NCBI RefSeq assembly: GCF_006345805.1
Contig: NC_043015.1
Location: forward strand, 29,202,001 to 29,266,000
Length of the DNA stretch: 64,000 nucleotides
Reading direction: 5' to 3'
DNA from: Octopus sinensis
Lineage: Eukaryota
This document shows, piece after piece, positions 11,802 to 23,639 of this stretch (the first letter of the stretch is position 1; each line of letters opens with the position of its first letter). A program made the position numbers and the translations under genes. The notes below the pieces were generated by a model, which had not been told where the DNA came from, did no database searches, and saw only the letters and a list, made by a program, of their open reading frames with translations.

Positions 11802-12352
11802 GGGAGAGTTTACGAAAAAAACAAAAGATGAAGACAGGTGGTGTACAAAACAAACAGATGTATTAGTATAACGCTCAGGAATAGAAAAAGTCTTTTACAT
11901 TTTGAGCCTACGCTCTTCTACAGAAAGGGACACAGAAAGAAACAAGGAGAGAAACAAGGGGAGAAAAAATGTGTGTAGTGGCTAACGATATACATATACA
12001 TATATACGACAGGCTTCTTTTAGTTTCCATCTACTAAATCCACTCACAAGGCTTTGGTTGACCTGAGGCTATAGTAGAAGACACTTGCCCAAGGTGCCAC
12101 ACAGTGGGACTGAACCCAGAACCATGAGGTTGGTAAGCAAGCTACTTACCACACAGCCACTCCTGTGCCTATGTATGTATGTATATACAATGGGCTTCTT
12201 TCAGTTTCCATCTACCAAATCCACTCACAAGGCTTTGGTCGACCTGAGGCTGTAGTAGAAGACACTTGCCCAAGGTGTCACACAGTGGGACTAAACCTGG
12301 AACCATGTGGTTTGCAAGAAAGCTACTTACCACACAGCCACTCCTGCACCTA
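11567..12352 (-). mobile_element. SINE-A carrying a 190-bp insertion, followed by a tandem second head half
   Basis: Tail at 11567, head ends at 12172; second head half at 12173-12352. Confidence 0.88.
11800..11989 (-). mobile_element. ~190-bp repeat family C (hammerhead-like, probably Penelope-associated)
   Basis: Same sequence as 20356-20545, 21533-21722 and 40220-40412; sits in the (TA)n of a SINE-A. Confidence 0.88.
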
Positions 12353-12607
12353 TGTATGTATGTATGTATGGATGTACTTTTAATGTAATACTCGGGTAGA
12401 ATTAGTGTGATGTAGTGTGTGATGAGGATGTGCTCCTGAATTACAGGTACAATTCTTTTGGTAGGTTTCAGCACCGTTTCCATCTCTGAAATTCACTTGC
12501 AAGGCATGAGGCAATAGAAAATTACACTTGGCCATGATACCATGTAGTAAGACCAAACTTGGCTCTTAAAAGAGGATGAAGACCGCTTCGCTCAACAGCA
12601 ACAGCAT

Positions 12608-12641
<34 letters not shown>

Positions 12642-12832
12642 GACATTAGTAGCATTTGTAGCCAAATCAAAGACAACATCTTCATGGCCATCCAACTTGC
12701 TAGAAACAATAACTAAACTATCCCTCAAATCATATACTGCTCATTGCATAAAAAAAACCCACATTAGATACACCTGTTCTAGATGCACTATACCTGACAA
12801 AAAAATAAATAAATAATAAATATAAAAACAGG

Positions 12833-13262
12833 ATAGGCGCAGGAGTGGCTATAAGCGCAGGAGTGGCTGTGTGGTAAGTAGCTTGCTAACCAGCCACATG
12901 ATTCTGGGTTCAGTCACACTGCATGGCATCTTGGGCAAGTGTCTTCTGCTATAGCCTAGTGCCGACCAAAGCCTTGTGACTGGATTTGGTAGACGGAAAC
13001 TGAAAGAAGCCTGTCGTATATATGTATATATATATATATATGTATGTGTGTGTATATGTTTGTGTGTCTGTGTTTGTCCCTCTAGCATTGCTTGACAACC
13101 GATGCTGGTGTGTTTACGTCCCCGTCACTTAGCAGTTCGGCAAAATAGATCGATAGAATAAGTACTGGGCTTACAAAGAATAAGTCCCGGGGTCGAGTTG
13201 CTCGACTAAAGGCGGTGCTCCAGCACGGCCGCAGTCAAATGACTGAAACAAGTAAAAGAGTA
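12833..13262 (+). mobile_element. SINE-A with duplicated extreme 5' end
   Basis: aggcgcaggagtggctat-aagcgcaggagtggctgtgtgg, then full body and tail. Confidence 0.92.
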
Positions 13263-13620
13263 AAAAAAGAAAGTACAAAAAACAGGATGGTCATGGCAGA
13301 AAAGTCTTTGATCATAAGATCGACTTGATTCAAGCCTGTCTACCTGCCTATGGCTAAACGATCACAACAATGACACATAGACACATAACCTAATTACCAA
13401 TTTATTTATGCTAGAACTGAACAATGTAGTGGTGTTATTTAAAAATTATTTATTTATTAATATAAAACTCCTCTAACGACTACACGCATATTAATATATA
13501 CACATAAACATATAATTACCTAAATTCCAAATCCATATCTAAATTTGAAGTCGCATTTGAATACATGAATAATTACTTAATTTTTATCTTTTTTTTTTTT
13601 CTGAAATCATTTGTGAAATA

Positions 13621-13655
<35 letters not shown>

Positions 13656-13965
13656 ACACATGCACACACACACAAATATATATACCCACACATATATATT
13701 TATGCAAATACAACCTATGCATTTGTAGGCACTCTTTCAATATACACACACAAACGCAAACATAACACATATATATATATATACACATGCATACATATAA
13801 TATATACACACAGACACACACACATGTATATATACCCATATATACTAATATATACATATATATATATATACACACATATCACATTAAAAAATCTATATAA
13901 AGTATATTTTAATTTGATTTTTAATTATATTTTATACATATATATTTATTATCATCAACATCAGC

Positions 13966-13998
<33 letters not shown>

Positions 13999-14860
13999 GA
14001 TCATTAATTATTTTTTAATTACAGTGCATATATCAAGTAATTACTGCACTAAAAGATTTTTAGATATATTTTATTTATCCATTTGCTTTGATTCTTTAAT
14101 CAACAAATTACTTTTATCACTCAATCTCTCAACCAGCCGTGTGTTGTTAATTTACAGACTGAGTCCACAATTTCAATTTTATATTTTAAATAGTTACTCG
14201 TTGTGAAGCCAACAGCAAGGAAGCCACGACATGGTTGACTGGCCTACTAGACATAGCAGCCAAATCTCACTCAAATCATCCTGAAAACAAAGGATACTTT
14301 GAATAATGAAATTTTTGATAAATTTTTTCATCCTCAATGTTGTCAAAGCATGAAGTAAACTGTCAGCATTGGTTTTTAGCTATCAGAACACTACATCCAT
14401 GTTTCCTGAAATTCCTCGACACTACTCCCAGCACAACTGTTAACCATTTTCTCTTTATGGCTCTTTGATGTTTATCTTTTATCCTTTATTGTTTCAGTCA
14501 TTTGACTGCGCCCATGCTGGAGCACCAACCTAAAGAAATTTGAATCAAATGAATCAGTCACAGTACTTTTCTTTTAAGCCTGATACTAATTCTATCAGTA
14601 TAGATATCACATCACATGATCACCGTGACCGACCAGGCCATCAGATGTTGCTACACATCGCTGGTCACAATGCGCTTTGCATTGTTTTAGCACCTTCACA
14701 TGACGCCACCCCGCTGGCTAAGTTCAAATTCCGCCAAGGTCAACTTTGCTTTCATCGTTTCAGGATCAATGAAATAAGTACCAATTGAGCACAGGGGTTG
14801 ATCTAATTGACTGGCCCCCCCTCCCCCAAAATTTCAGGCCTTGTGCCTAAAGTAGAAAAG

Positions 14861-14944
<84 letters not shown>

Positions 14945-15351
14945 GACAGGCTTCTTTCAGTTTCCATCTCCCAAATCCACTGACATCGCTTTGGTTAGCC
15001 TGAGGCTATAGTAGAAGACACTTGTCCAAGGTGCCACGCAGTGGGACTGAACCTGAAACCATGTGATTGGGAAGCAAACTTCTTACCACACAGCCATGCC
15101 TGCACTTATGATTACCAAAAAAAAAAAAATGACAAGGCTCACTGAAATGTCCCCTTGTTGTGCCTAATCTACTGGAGATATAACAACTTCTGCTCTTCTG
15201 ACTAGATACACATTGACCCATCTGGCATACACCTTCCCTCCTTTTGTCACATTCTACTATGTCTCACCCACCAAGACCAAGCACTAACCATATCTTACCC
15301 AGTCTTACCTCTACAGAGTATCAGCCCTCTGGAATCTTCCTTCTACCATAT

Positions 15352-15665
15352 CATCATCATCATCATCATCATCATTTAACGTCCGTTTTCCACGCTAGCA
15401 TGGGTTGGACGGTTCGACCGGGGGTCTGGGAAGCCATGGAGGCTGCACCAGGCTCCAATCTGATCTGGCAGTGTTTCTATAGTTGGATGCCCTTCCTAAC
15501 ACCAACCATTCTGAGAGTGTAGTGGGTGGATGGTTCGACTGGGGTCTGGGAAGCCATGGAGGCTGCACCAGGCTCCAGTCTGATCTGGCAGTGTTTCTAC
15601 AGCTTCCTAACGCCAACCACTCCTTGAGTGTAGTGGGTGTTTTTTACGTGCCACCGGCACAGGGG
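15352..15665 (-). mobile_element. SINE-B with ~120-bp internal tandem duplication
   Basis: ggttcgaccggggtctgggaagccatggagg...gtagtgggtg occurs twice (15411 and 15531). Confidence 0.85.
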
Positions 15666-16114
15666 CCAGAGCAGGCTGGCAAATACATGCCAGTCAAGCG
15701 ACGCTGATGTTCAAACTCAACATCAGCCACATTAATATCACTGGTGTCAGAGGGCCTGCGAAGGTTATGGTGAATATGCTAGGGTTGTTGAACAGACACA
15801 TTTGTATAAATTAAATGTACACACATCAACAGATGCTGAGGGTTTACTTTATCATTATTTCTTGTATGTTTTATGTTAATGCTCAGAATTATGCTAATAA
15901 GTGTTTGTGGGTATAAAGATGTAGTGCATGCTAGTTTGCAGAGGTGCAAATGTGAATGTGCAGATGGAAATGCACATATCTGTGTGTGCACTTACATCAG
16001 TATGTGCATGAATGTGCAAATGCGTAAGTCTTTGACTGTATTATGGAAGCTGTTTAAATGTATACAAGTTTATGAATGTTTATAGAAGTGCCTGGCTAAC
16101 TGCAATTTTATTGT

Positions 16115-16117
<3 letters not shown>

Positions 16118-16159
<42 letters not shown>

Positions 16160-16460
16160 TGAGAGAGAGAGAGAGGCAGGTTGAGAAGCAGAGAAGGAAA
16201 GGGGCTAGGTGAGAAGGAGAGAAGAGTAGAGAGAGAGAAAGGCAGGAAGAAAAAGAGAGAGGAGAGATAGGCACGGAAAGGAGAGAGAGGCAGAGAGAGA
16301 AGAAAGAGGCAAGGAAAGGAGAGAGAGGCAGAGAGAGAATAAAGAGGCAAGGGAAGGAGAGAGAGGCAGAGAAAGAGGTAGGGAGAAAAGCGAGAGAGAA
16401 GGTGAGAAAGAGAGGGATAAAAGGAAGAAAGTGAGTGAGAGAGAGAGAAAGAGGAACGGA
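16118..16460. repeat. (TA)n plus GA-rich tract with a ~34-bp subrepeat
   Basis: aaggagagagaggcagagagag...aaagaggc repeated about three times. Confidence 0.9.
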
Positions 16461-17049
16461 GCAAGGAGCATACAACAATAAAACCTTTATGAGGCCAGTT
16501 CAACTCAATTGAAATTCTCCTATGAAAAACATCACACAGAAATCTAGAATAAAGTTCTGAGATGTTAACATCTTAAGAACAATAAGTACATCACACCAAT
16601 GCGCAACAGAATGCACAATTGTAACATATATATAAACATGTGCATAGTTGATTGTACAGATAAATACACAAAAATAAAAAAAACTTTTTTTTTCTCTACT
16701 GAGAATAGTTCACCTAATATCCTTCAACACAACACAGTATCACAATGAAGTCAATAAGGTGGCCTTTATTGTGATCGCTCGACCTGTTTGAACAGTGATT
16801 TCCAACCATTTTTAATCTACATCTACAACCCGCTGAATAAAAGCGTTATGTATGTTTTCAGCTCTTTGTCAGCTTTTCAAAATGTCTTGTTGCATAAAAA
16901 CCAGGTATTAAAATTGTTTAAAAACGAAGACAGACGTGTATTGCATTTTGGCGGCAAAAGAATACACATGCTCTGGTGCACTGGTGCACTGCATCCAATA
17001 ACACTCAGACGTTCTAAACTGGTATTTTCTGACTGGTTTCAAAAACTCA

Positions 17050-17760
17050 AGGCATACCTGCAGACCATATACGATATGCCTGCAAATCTTACATGGCACA
17101 TCTGCAGGCATTATGTGGTACACCTGTAGACCATACATAGTACGCTTTGCAAACCAGATGTGGCACACCTGCAGACTAACATGATACACCTGCAGACCTA
17201 ATATGGCACACCTATTTCTTTACAACCCACAAGGGGCTAAACACAGAGAGAACAAATAAGGACAGACAAATGGATTAAGTCGATTATATCGACCCCAGTG
17301 CGTAACTGGTACTTATTTAATCGACCCTGAAAGGATGAAAGGCAAAGTCGACCTCGGTGGAATTTGAACTCAGAACATAACGACAGACAAAATACCTATT
17401 TCTTTACTACCCACAAGGGGCTAAACATAGAGGGAACAAATAAGGACAGACAAACGGATTAAGTCAATTATATCGACCCCAGTGCATAACTGGTACTTAA
17501 TTTATTGACCCTGAAAGGATGAAAGGCAAAGTCAGCCTCGGCGGAATTTGAACTCAGAACATAGCAGCAGATGAAATACCACTAAGCATTTCACCCAGCG
17601 CGCTAATAATTCTGCCAGCTCGCTGCACACCTGCAGACTAACATGATACACCTGCAGACCTAATATGGCACACCTGCAGGCCTTACATGTCACATCTGCA
17701 GATCTTACAAGGCACACCTAGATACGTTAAATAGCACACCAACAAACCATATGTGACACA
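17050..17760. repeat. Degenerate ~22-bp minisatellite (cacctgcagacctaatatggca) interrupted by a SINE dimer
   Basis: Repeated cacctgcaga/catctgcag units on both sides of 17211-17624. Confidence 0.85.
17211..17624 (-). mobile_element. SINE family D (Nin-domain-like), full copy plus tandem headless copy
   Basis: rc GAGGTCGACTTTGCCTTTCATCCTTTCGGGGTCGA..AAGTACCAG core occurs twice; tRNA-like head GGCGAGCTGGCAGAA at the right end. Confidence 0.85.
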
Positions 17761-18096
17761 TAAGTATGTGAATCTGAGAGGGGAATATGTCGAATAAAAT
17801 CATAATTAACTGGTTCTCTTGTATTTTCTTTGACACAGAGCCAGGAACTTTTCAGCATATATTGCTGGTGAAGTGATGAATTGCTGCTGTGTCAAGTGGT
17901 CGAGTGTCAATCATTGACCAGACCAAACTAGATTGAAATCACATGCTCTGGTTGTCTTGGTGCTGAAGAAATCAAGGATTTATCTTCCCACAAGTGATAT
18001 TAACAAGAGTCCATTTTGCTCCACAAACCCAATATGATAGTTTCTCTCATGGTATCTACCGCAGTATAAGGTGGCGAACTGGCAGAACCATTATTT

Positions 18097-18492
18097 ATCT
18101 TTATATATAAAAGTGAAGTTGTGTGAGAGTCTGTCTCCTACAATTTAGATTCCTAACTACTCCCACATTTTGCGGTGCAGTTTAACCAAAACCGGGTATC
18201 TTATAGTCGTGATTCATATCGAGCCCTTCTGGGTATTAGCGCGTGTCTATGATGAGTGTACGATCTAAAAAAAAATTTACCATCAATTTTTCTGATTTTT
18301 AATGCATTTTTGGCATACATAAGGGAAGTAACTCTCTAAAAATTTATTAAATCTCAGAACATAAAAAGCTACAGTAACACCTCCCCTTTGTGGTTAGCCA
18401 TATTGAGATGGCTATTATACTTTACATCTCTAAAAATGCTTATATAGTTATTTCCCTTACAAACCCGAGCAACGCCGGGCGATACTGCTAGT
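18097..18492 (-). mobile_element. Helentron/HINE-like element, apparently with both termini
   Basis: rc starts ACTAGCAGTATCGCCCGGCGTTGCTCGGG and ends CTTTTATATATAAAGAT, typical DINE-1/HINE-type termini. Confidence 0.75.
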
Positions 18493-18995
18493 ATATATAT
18501 ATAATAAATACTAGAACCGATCAAAGCGGTGCTCCAGCATGGCCGCAGTCCAATGACTGAAGCAAGTAAAGAAATAAAGATCCTTACTCACATAGTCACA
18601 CTTTTTCCCCACCGAAGCCCATTAGCCAATACTTTCTGATGCCAAACCATTTTCTCAACTCAGTCGTACTCAGACACAAACAAAAAAAACTTAAGTTCTG
18701 GTTTAAGTTTGCATATATACAACATAATAGAGTCGGAGATGATAAATTTTAACAGTCTCATTGTTTTTGTTTGTAGGTTGTTTTTTTTTTTTTTGAGTTT
18801 TTTTTTTTTTTGTATTGATTGCTTAGTAAGACTGTGTAGTTGTGATGGTTTTTGAAGTGATGGGTTGGGGAAGAAGAGGTTTGAAGCTGACGAAATCCCA
18901 TTTTAATGAATAATTCATGAAGTGAAACAACATGAATATTTTGAAGCCGATTCAAAAGCAGAAAAAAAAAAAAAAAAGAAATCAGAGAAAATTGA

Positions 18996-18996
<1 letters not shown>

Positions 18997-19027
<31 letters not shown>

Positions 19028-19100
19028 TGATGATGATGATGATGATGATGATGTGATGATGCTGATGATGATGATGCTGATGATGATGATGATGATGATG

Positions 19101-19151
<51 letters not shown>

Positions 19152-19210
19152 GTAATAATAATAATAATAATAGCAAAAACAACATAACAACAGTGATGAT
19201 GATGATGATA
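18997..19210. repeat. Compound (AAT)n/(GAT)n trinucleotide microsatellite
   Basis: Direct inspection. Confidence 0.97.
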
Positions 19211-20113
19211 ACGAGTAAAAACAATAATACTTATAATAAAAATTGAAGAGAAAGAAAGACAGGCAGACAGACAGAAGGAGAGTAAGCAGAGTGAGGAGGG
19301 GGAAGATGTAATTTGTTTTGTTTTATTTTTATTTTATATTTTATTTTATGTAATGTTTTTCTTTTCTTTTTTTCTTTTTTTTTTGGTTTTCAATATTTTC
19401 TTCCTCTCTTTACAGTAAAATCTATTCTAGTGCTGACTTATCTGCGTGAATTTAGTAGGAATGAGGTAGTCAAAAATAAAAATAACAAGCTTTATCAACA
19501 CATTAACTGAAAAGAAACGTAAAACCCAAAAAAAAAACCCACTTATTATTCCTATGTTACAAAGAAATCTTTCTAATATTTTTTTTTTTTATTATTTATT
19601 TCTCTAAATCCAGTCGGTAACATATGATTCTAAAACAGTGAATATATTTAAAACCTGTTACTACTATTCAGAAATCACATTATACTAGTACAACTTTTCA
19701 TGTTTCTTTTTTTTATTAATTACAATAAAATTTACTTTAGAGAGGTTTTTTGTTCCTCACTCCCACCAATTATATATATATTTTATTCATTATAACTTTT
19801 GTTATTTTATATATACATACATACATATATATATATAAATAATAAAAAATACGTATAGAGAAAATTACATCTTTATTGTAGAATTCACCTTACAAAGCCA
19901 ACAATTGTTTCTATTGTATGAACACACACACACATATATACATATATGTATGCAAGAAGAAAATGGAGGAAAAATAACACGAAAACTACAGTTTACTCGC
20001 TGAATTTCCTGCTACCATATATCTTTTACCAAGGACTATACCTACACAGCTAATCACCAGGAGTGCCTTTGGAGTTAACCATCCTTAGAGGTTTTAAACA
20101 CCTCTAACTTATA

Positions 20114-20156
<43 letters not shown>

Positions 20157-20355
20157 TTGAAATTAAAATTAATATTTCCAGAAATATATGTTAACACAAT
20201 GTTATCAAGGCAATCCAAAATTGAACATACATATATGCATATATATATATAAATGTGTGTATGTGTATGTATATTTTTTTCATTTTTCATTTTATCTAGT
20301 TTCAGCTCACGAGCTGTGGCCATGCTGGGGCACCATATGTATATATATATATATA

Positions 20356-20545
20356 TAGGGAGAATTTACGAAAAAAACAAAAGACGAAGACAGGTGCTGT
20401 ACAAAACAAACAGATGTATTAGTATAACGCTCAGGAATAGAAAAAGTCTTTTACATTTCGAGCCTATGCTCTTCTACAGAAAGGGACACAGAAAAAACAA
20501 GGAGAGAAACAAGGAGAGAAAAAATGTGTGTAGTGGCTAACGATC
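20356..20545 (-). mobile_element. Repeat family C copy
   Basis: tagggagaatttacg...gtagtggctaacgatc; abuts (TA)n. Confidence 0.88.
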
Positions 20546-20579
20546 ATATGTATATATGATGATGATGATATATATATAT

Positions 20580-20740
20580 ACCAGAGTAAGCACATAAATG
20601 TGAAAGAAGGTGGAAAAAAATAGTACTCAAATACCAGAGGTAGAGTAAGATGCTTTATTAAAAGAGCAGCAAAGATATCACAAAAACTGTTACTCAGGGT
20701 TTCACATTCCCATTCGTCGGACGAACAGCAATTTACGGAG
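20580..20740 (-). mobile_element. Second short repeat with a hammerhead-like motif (partial homologue at ~58141-58230)
   Basis: gtaagcacata...agaaggtgg.aaaaaatagtact shared with 58145-58190; hammerhead-like core at 20687-20728. Confidence 0.6.
20687..20728 (-). ncRNA. Degenerate type-I hammerhead-ribozyme-like motif
   Basis: rc CUGUUCGU-CCGACGA-AUG GGAA UGU-GAA-AC CCUGA GU-A-ACAG: CUGANGA-like core with U4->C, short stem II, GAAA, near-palindromic stem III, GUA triplet. Confidence 0.5.
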
Positions 20741-20906
20741 AGAGAGAGGTATGTAAATATTCCTGTGTAGGTGTGTGAATGTCTGTTTGTGTACAACCAT
20801 ATATAAATTTTTTTTTTCATTGTGCTGTAATTTTGTAAAATTGCTCTGTATTGTAATGTATGTGTCTGCGTTGACCCAGTGGCAAATGATAAAATAGCTG
20901 GTGCCA

Positions 20907-20943
<37 letters not shown>

Positions 20944-21255
20944 CACCATCATTATTATTTTGTATTTTTCAGTTTAGTTACAGAACTGGAAAAAATCTAT
21001 TACAAAAAAAAACAGAAATATTTTTTTGTATCATTGATAATTCCTTTTGTTTTTTTGGAATTTGTTTTTTCAGGGTGGCAGTTTGTTTTTTTGTTTGTTT
21101 TTTTGTGATGCTTGTTTTTGTTTTGTTTTCTAATTTATTTTTGTTTGCTTTTCAAATATGAATTAATATGAATGTTGTCTGAGTGAATCTGTAAACATGT
21201 TTGAATGTTCTTTCAATAGTTCTAAGACAAGGAATTTTCATTATTTTAAACACAG

Positions 21256-21334
21256 ATATATTCGGTCTACTGACCTCATCTTTGGTTGTTATTGTCACTA
21301 TGTTTTGGTGGTTGCAACCCCAGACTTTAAACAG
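21256..21334 (+). CDS. Candidate exon
   Basis: Acceptor ttattttaaacacag, donor CAG|gtgtct; two frames open (YIRSTDLIFGCYCHYVLVVATPDFKQ or DIFGLLTSSLVVIVTMFWWLQPQTLNR). Confidence 0.22.
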
Positions 21335-21532
21335 GTGTCTCTGTAGTTTGGCGCATTATGTTCTCATTCTTAGAACTTGGAAACAAAAACCTTCATAAGA
21401 GTCCATTGTTCTCATACCACTGTCCATACCATAGAGTTCTTGTATTGTTAATTCTTCTATTTGTGATGCCATCGCTATCCTGCTTGAATCAGAGTGCATT
21501 TGTGTGTGTGTGTGTGTTCTGTCCGAGTCAGA

Positions 21533-21722
21533 CGCCATGATAGATCGTTAGCCACTACACACATTTTTTTCTCTCCTTGTTTTTTCTGTGTCCCTTTCTG
21601 TAGAAGAGCATAGGCTCGAAACGTAAAAGACTTTTTCTATTCCTGAGCATTATACTAATACATCTGTTTGTTTTGTACACCACCTGTCTTCGTCTTTTGT
21701 TTTTTTTTCGTAAACTCTCCCT
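21533..21722 (+). mobile_element. Repeat family C copy (best preserved)
   Basis: cgccatgatagatcgttagccactacac...cgtaaactctccc followed by (TA)n. Confidence 0.88.
21594..21629 (+). ncRNA. Minimal type-I hammerhead-ribozyme-like motif with non-canonical core
   Basis: CUUU-CUGUAGAA-GAGC AUAG GCUC-GAA-ACGU-A-AAAG: stem I CUUU/AAAG, 4-bp stem II, palindromic ACGU stem III, GUA triplet. Confidence 0.6.
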
Positions 21723-22329
21723 ATATATATATGTATATATGTATATATTTATATATATATAAAGAGAGAGAGAGAGGGAGGGAGAGAGACAGAGACAGAG
21801 AGATACATATTGGATTTCATAGAGAGGAGGTCAAATTTAATATTACATATATTAGCATCCACTTCCTATATTTTTTAGTCTAGGTTCAAATAAACCTGAC
21901 TTGGAGGAACAAATACATAAACCCCATAAAATGAGAACTAAAAGAAGAAACCTATGTATTGCACTTTAAGCCTCTTTTTTTGTTTTTCTATTAACTACTG
22001 AGGAGTACAAGTATGACTATAACGATTTCCCATTTATGAATATCTGAGTCCATTTGTATGAAACAATTGTATAGCAATATGAGAACTAAAAACTACAATC
22101 CATTTTCAACATCCAACCTCCTTCATTACATAAATATGAATGAATTTGTTGAACTTTGTTTAATATGTTAAGTCGTGTACTGATTATTTCAATACAAGCT
22201 TTTCATACCTGTACAAATTTTGTAAATAAATTCGAAGTAGTACCTTGGTTTGCTATATATATATATATACATCTGATCATGATGTAATATATATGAATAA
22301 TCTCTGATCATGAATAAGTTGCGCTTTAC

Positions 22330-22337
22330 ATATATAT

Positions 22338-22374
<37 letters not shown>

Positions 22375-22503
22375 ATAGATATACCTACATACATTCATAT
22401 ATATATATATAGGTGTTAGATAGTATATATACATACTACATACATATATAATATGTTATATAATATATTAAATATATATATATATATATACATATATATA
22501 TGT

Positions 22504-22579
<76 letters not shown>

Positions 22580-23420
22580 CACATATATGATATCTCCGTG
22601 ATCACCGTGACTGACCAGGCTATCAGACGTTGCTACACAACGTTGGTCACAATGCGCTTTACATTGTTTTAGCCTACAAATGATGCCACCCTGCTGGCTA
22701 AGCGAGCAGGCCAACAGAAGAAAGAGTGAGAGAAAGTCGTGACGAAAGAGTACAGTTGGGATTGCCACTACCCCCTGCCAGAGCCTCGTGGAGCCGGTTA
22801 TCCGGTTTCCTTGGCGTATAGGTTCCCCACTTGGACGGGATGCTGGTCCGTTGCAGGTGAGCTGCAAAATGCATGAGGAAAGAATAAAAGAAAGTTGTGG
22901 CAAAAGAGTCAGCAGAAGTTCACCATCACTTTCTGCTGGAGCTGCGTGGAGCTTAGGTGTTTCACTCATGAACACACACATTGCTAAGTCTGAGATTCGA
23001 ACCCGCAATCCCTCGACCGCTAGTCCATTGCACTAACAACTAGACCACATGCCTCCACAGGTCACTGCTAGCTCTCACTGTGAATGCAACCGTGTGTTGC
23101 CATATGTTGGTGTGCTACAGAAGTAATCCAGGAACTTTTTGAGACTACCTGAAAGCTAATTATGTCCCAAAAACTAATTATACCTGTTCAAATATGACAT
23201 CATCTTCCCACAATTGGCAACAAGGAAGGCAATCACAAATAGTTGCTACATATAGTACCTGTACAAGGTGGGTAGTGTTTTGCAATTCTACTTAGAAATT
23301 GCTTTATTTTGTTCGTTTAAATAAATTCTCTGGTCTTGTATTTTTACATACCTATGCGTTTTTATACTTTTTCTTGGCTATATTACATATGTGTGTATGC
23401 ATACACACATACATACATAC

Positions 23421-23452
<32 letters not shown>

Positions 23453-23588
23453 ATGTGGTGTTATGTATGTACAGATGTACAATATTCTTATAATATATAT
23501 GTTGTATATAATATATATAGTATGTATGTAGTAATATCAGCATGCGCAATGTGTGTGTCTGTGCATATACATCTGGGATGTATATGTA

Positions 23589-23639
<51 letters not shown>

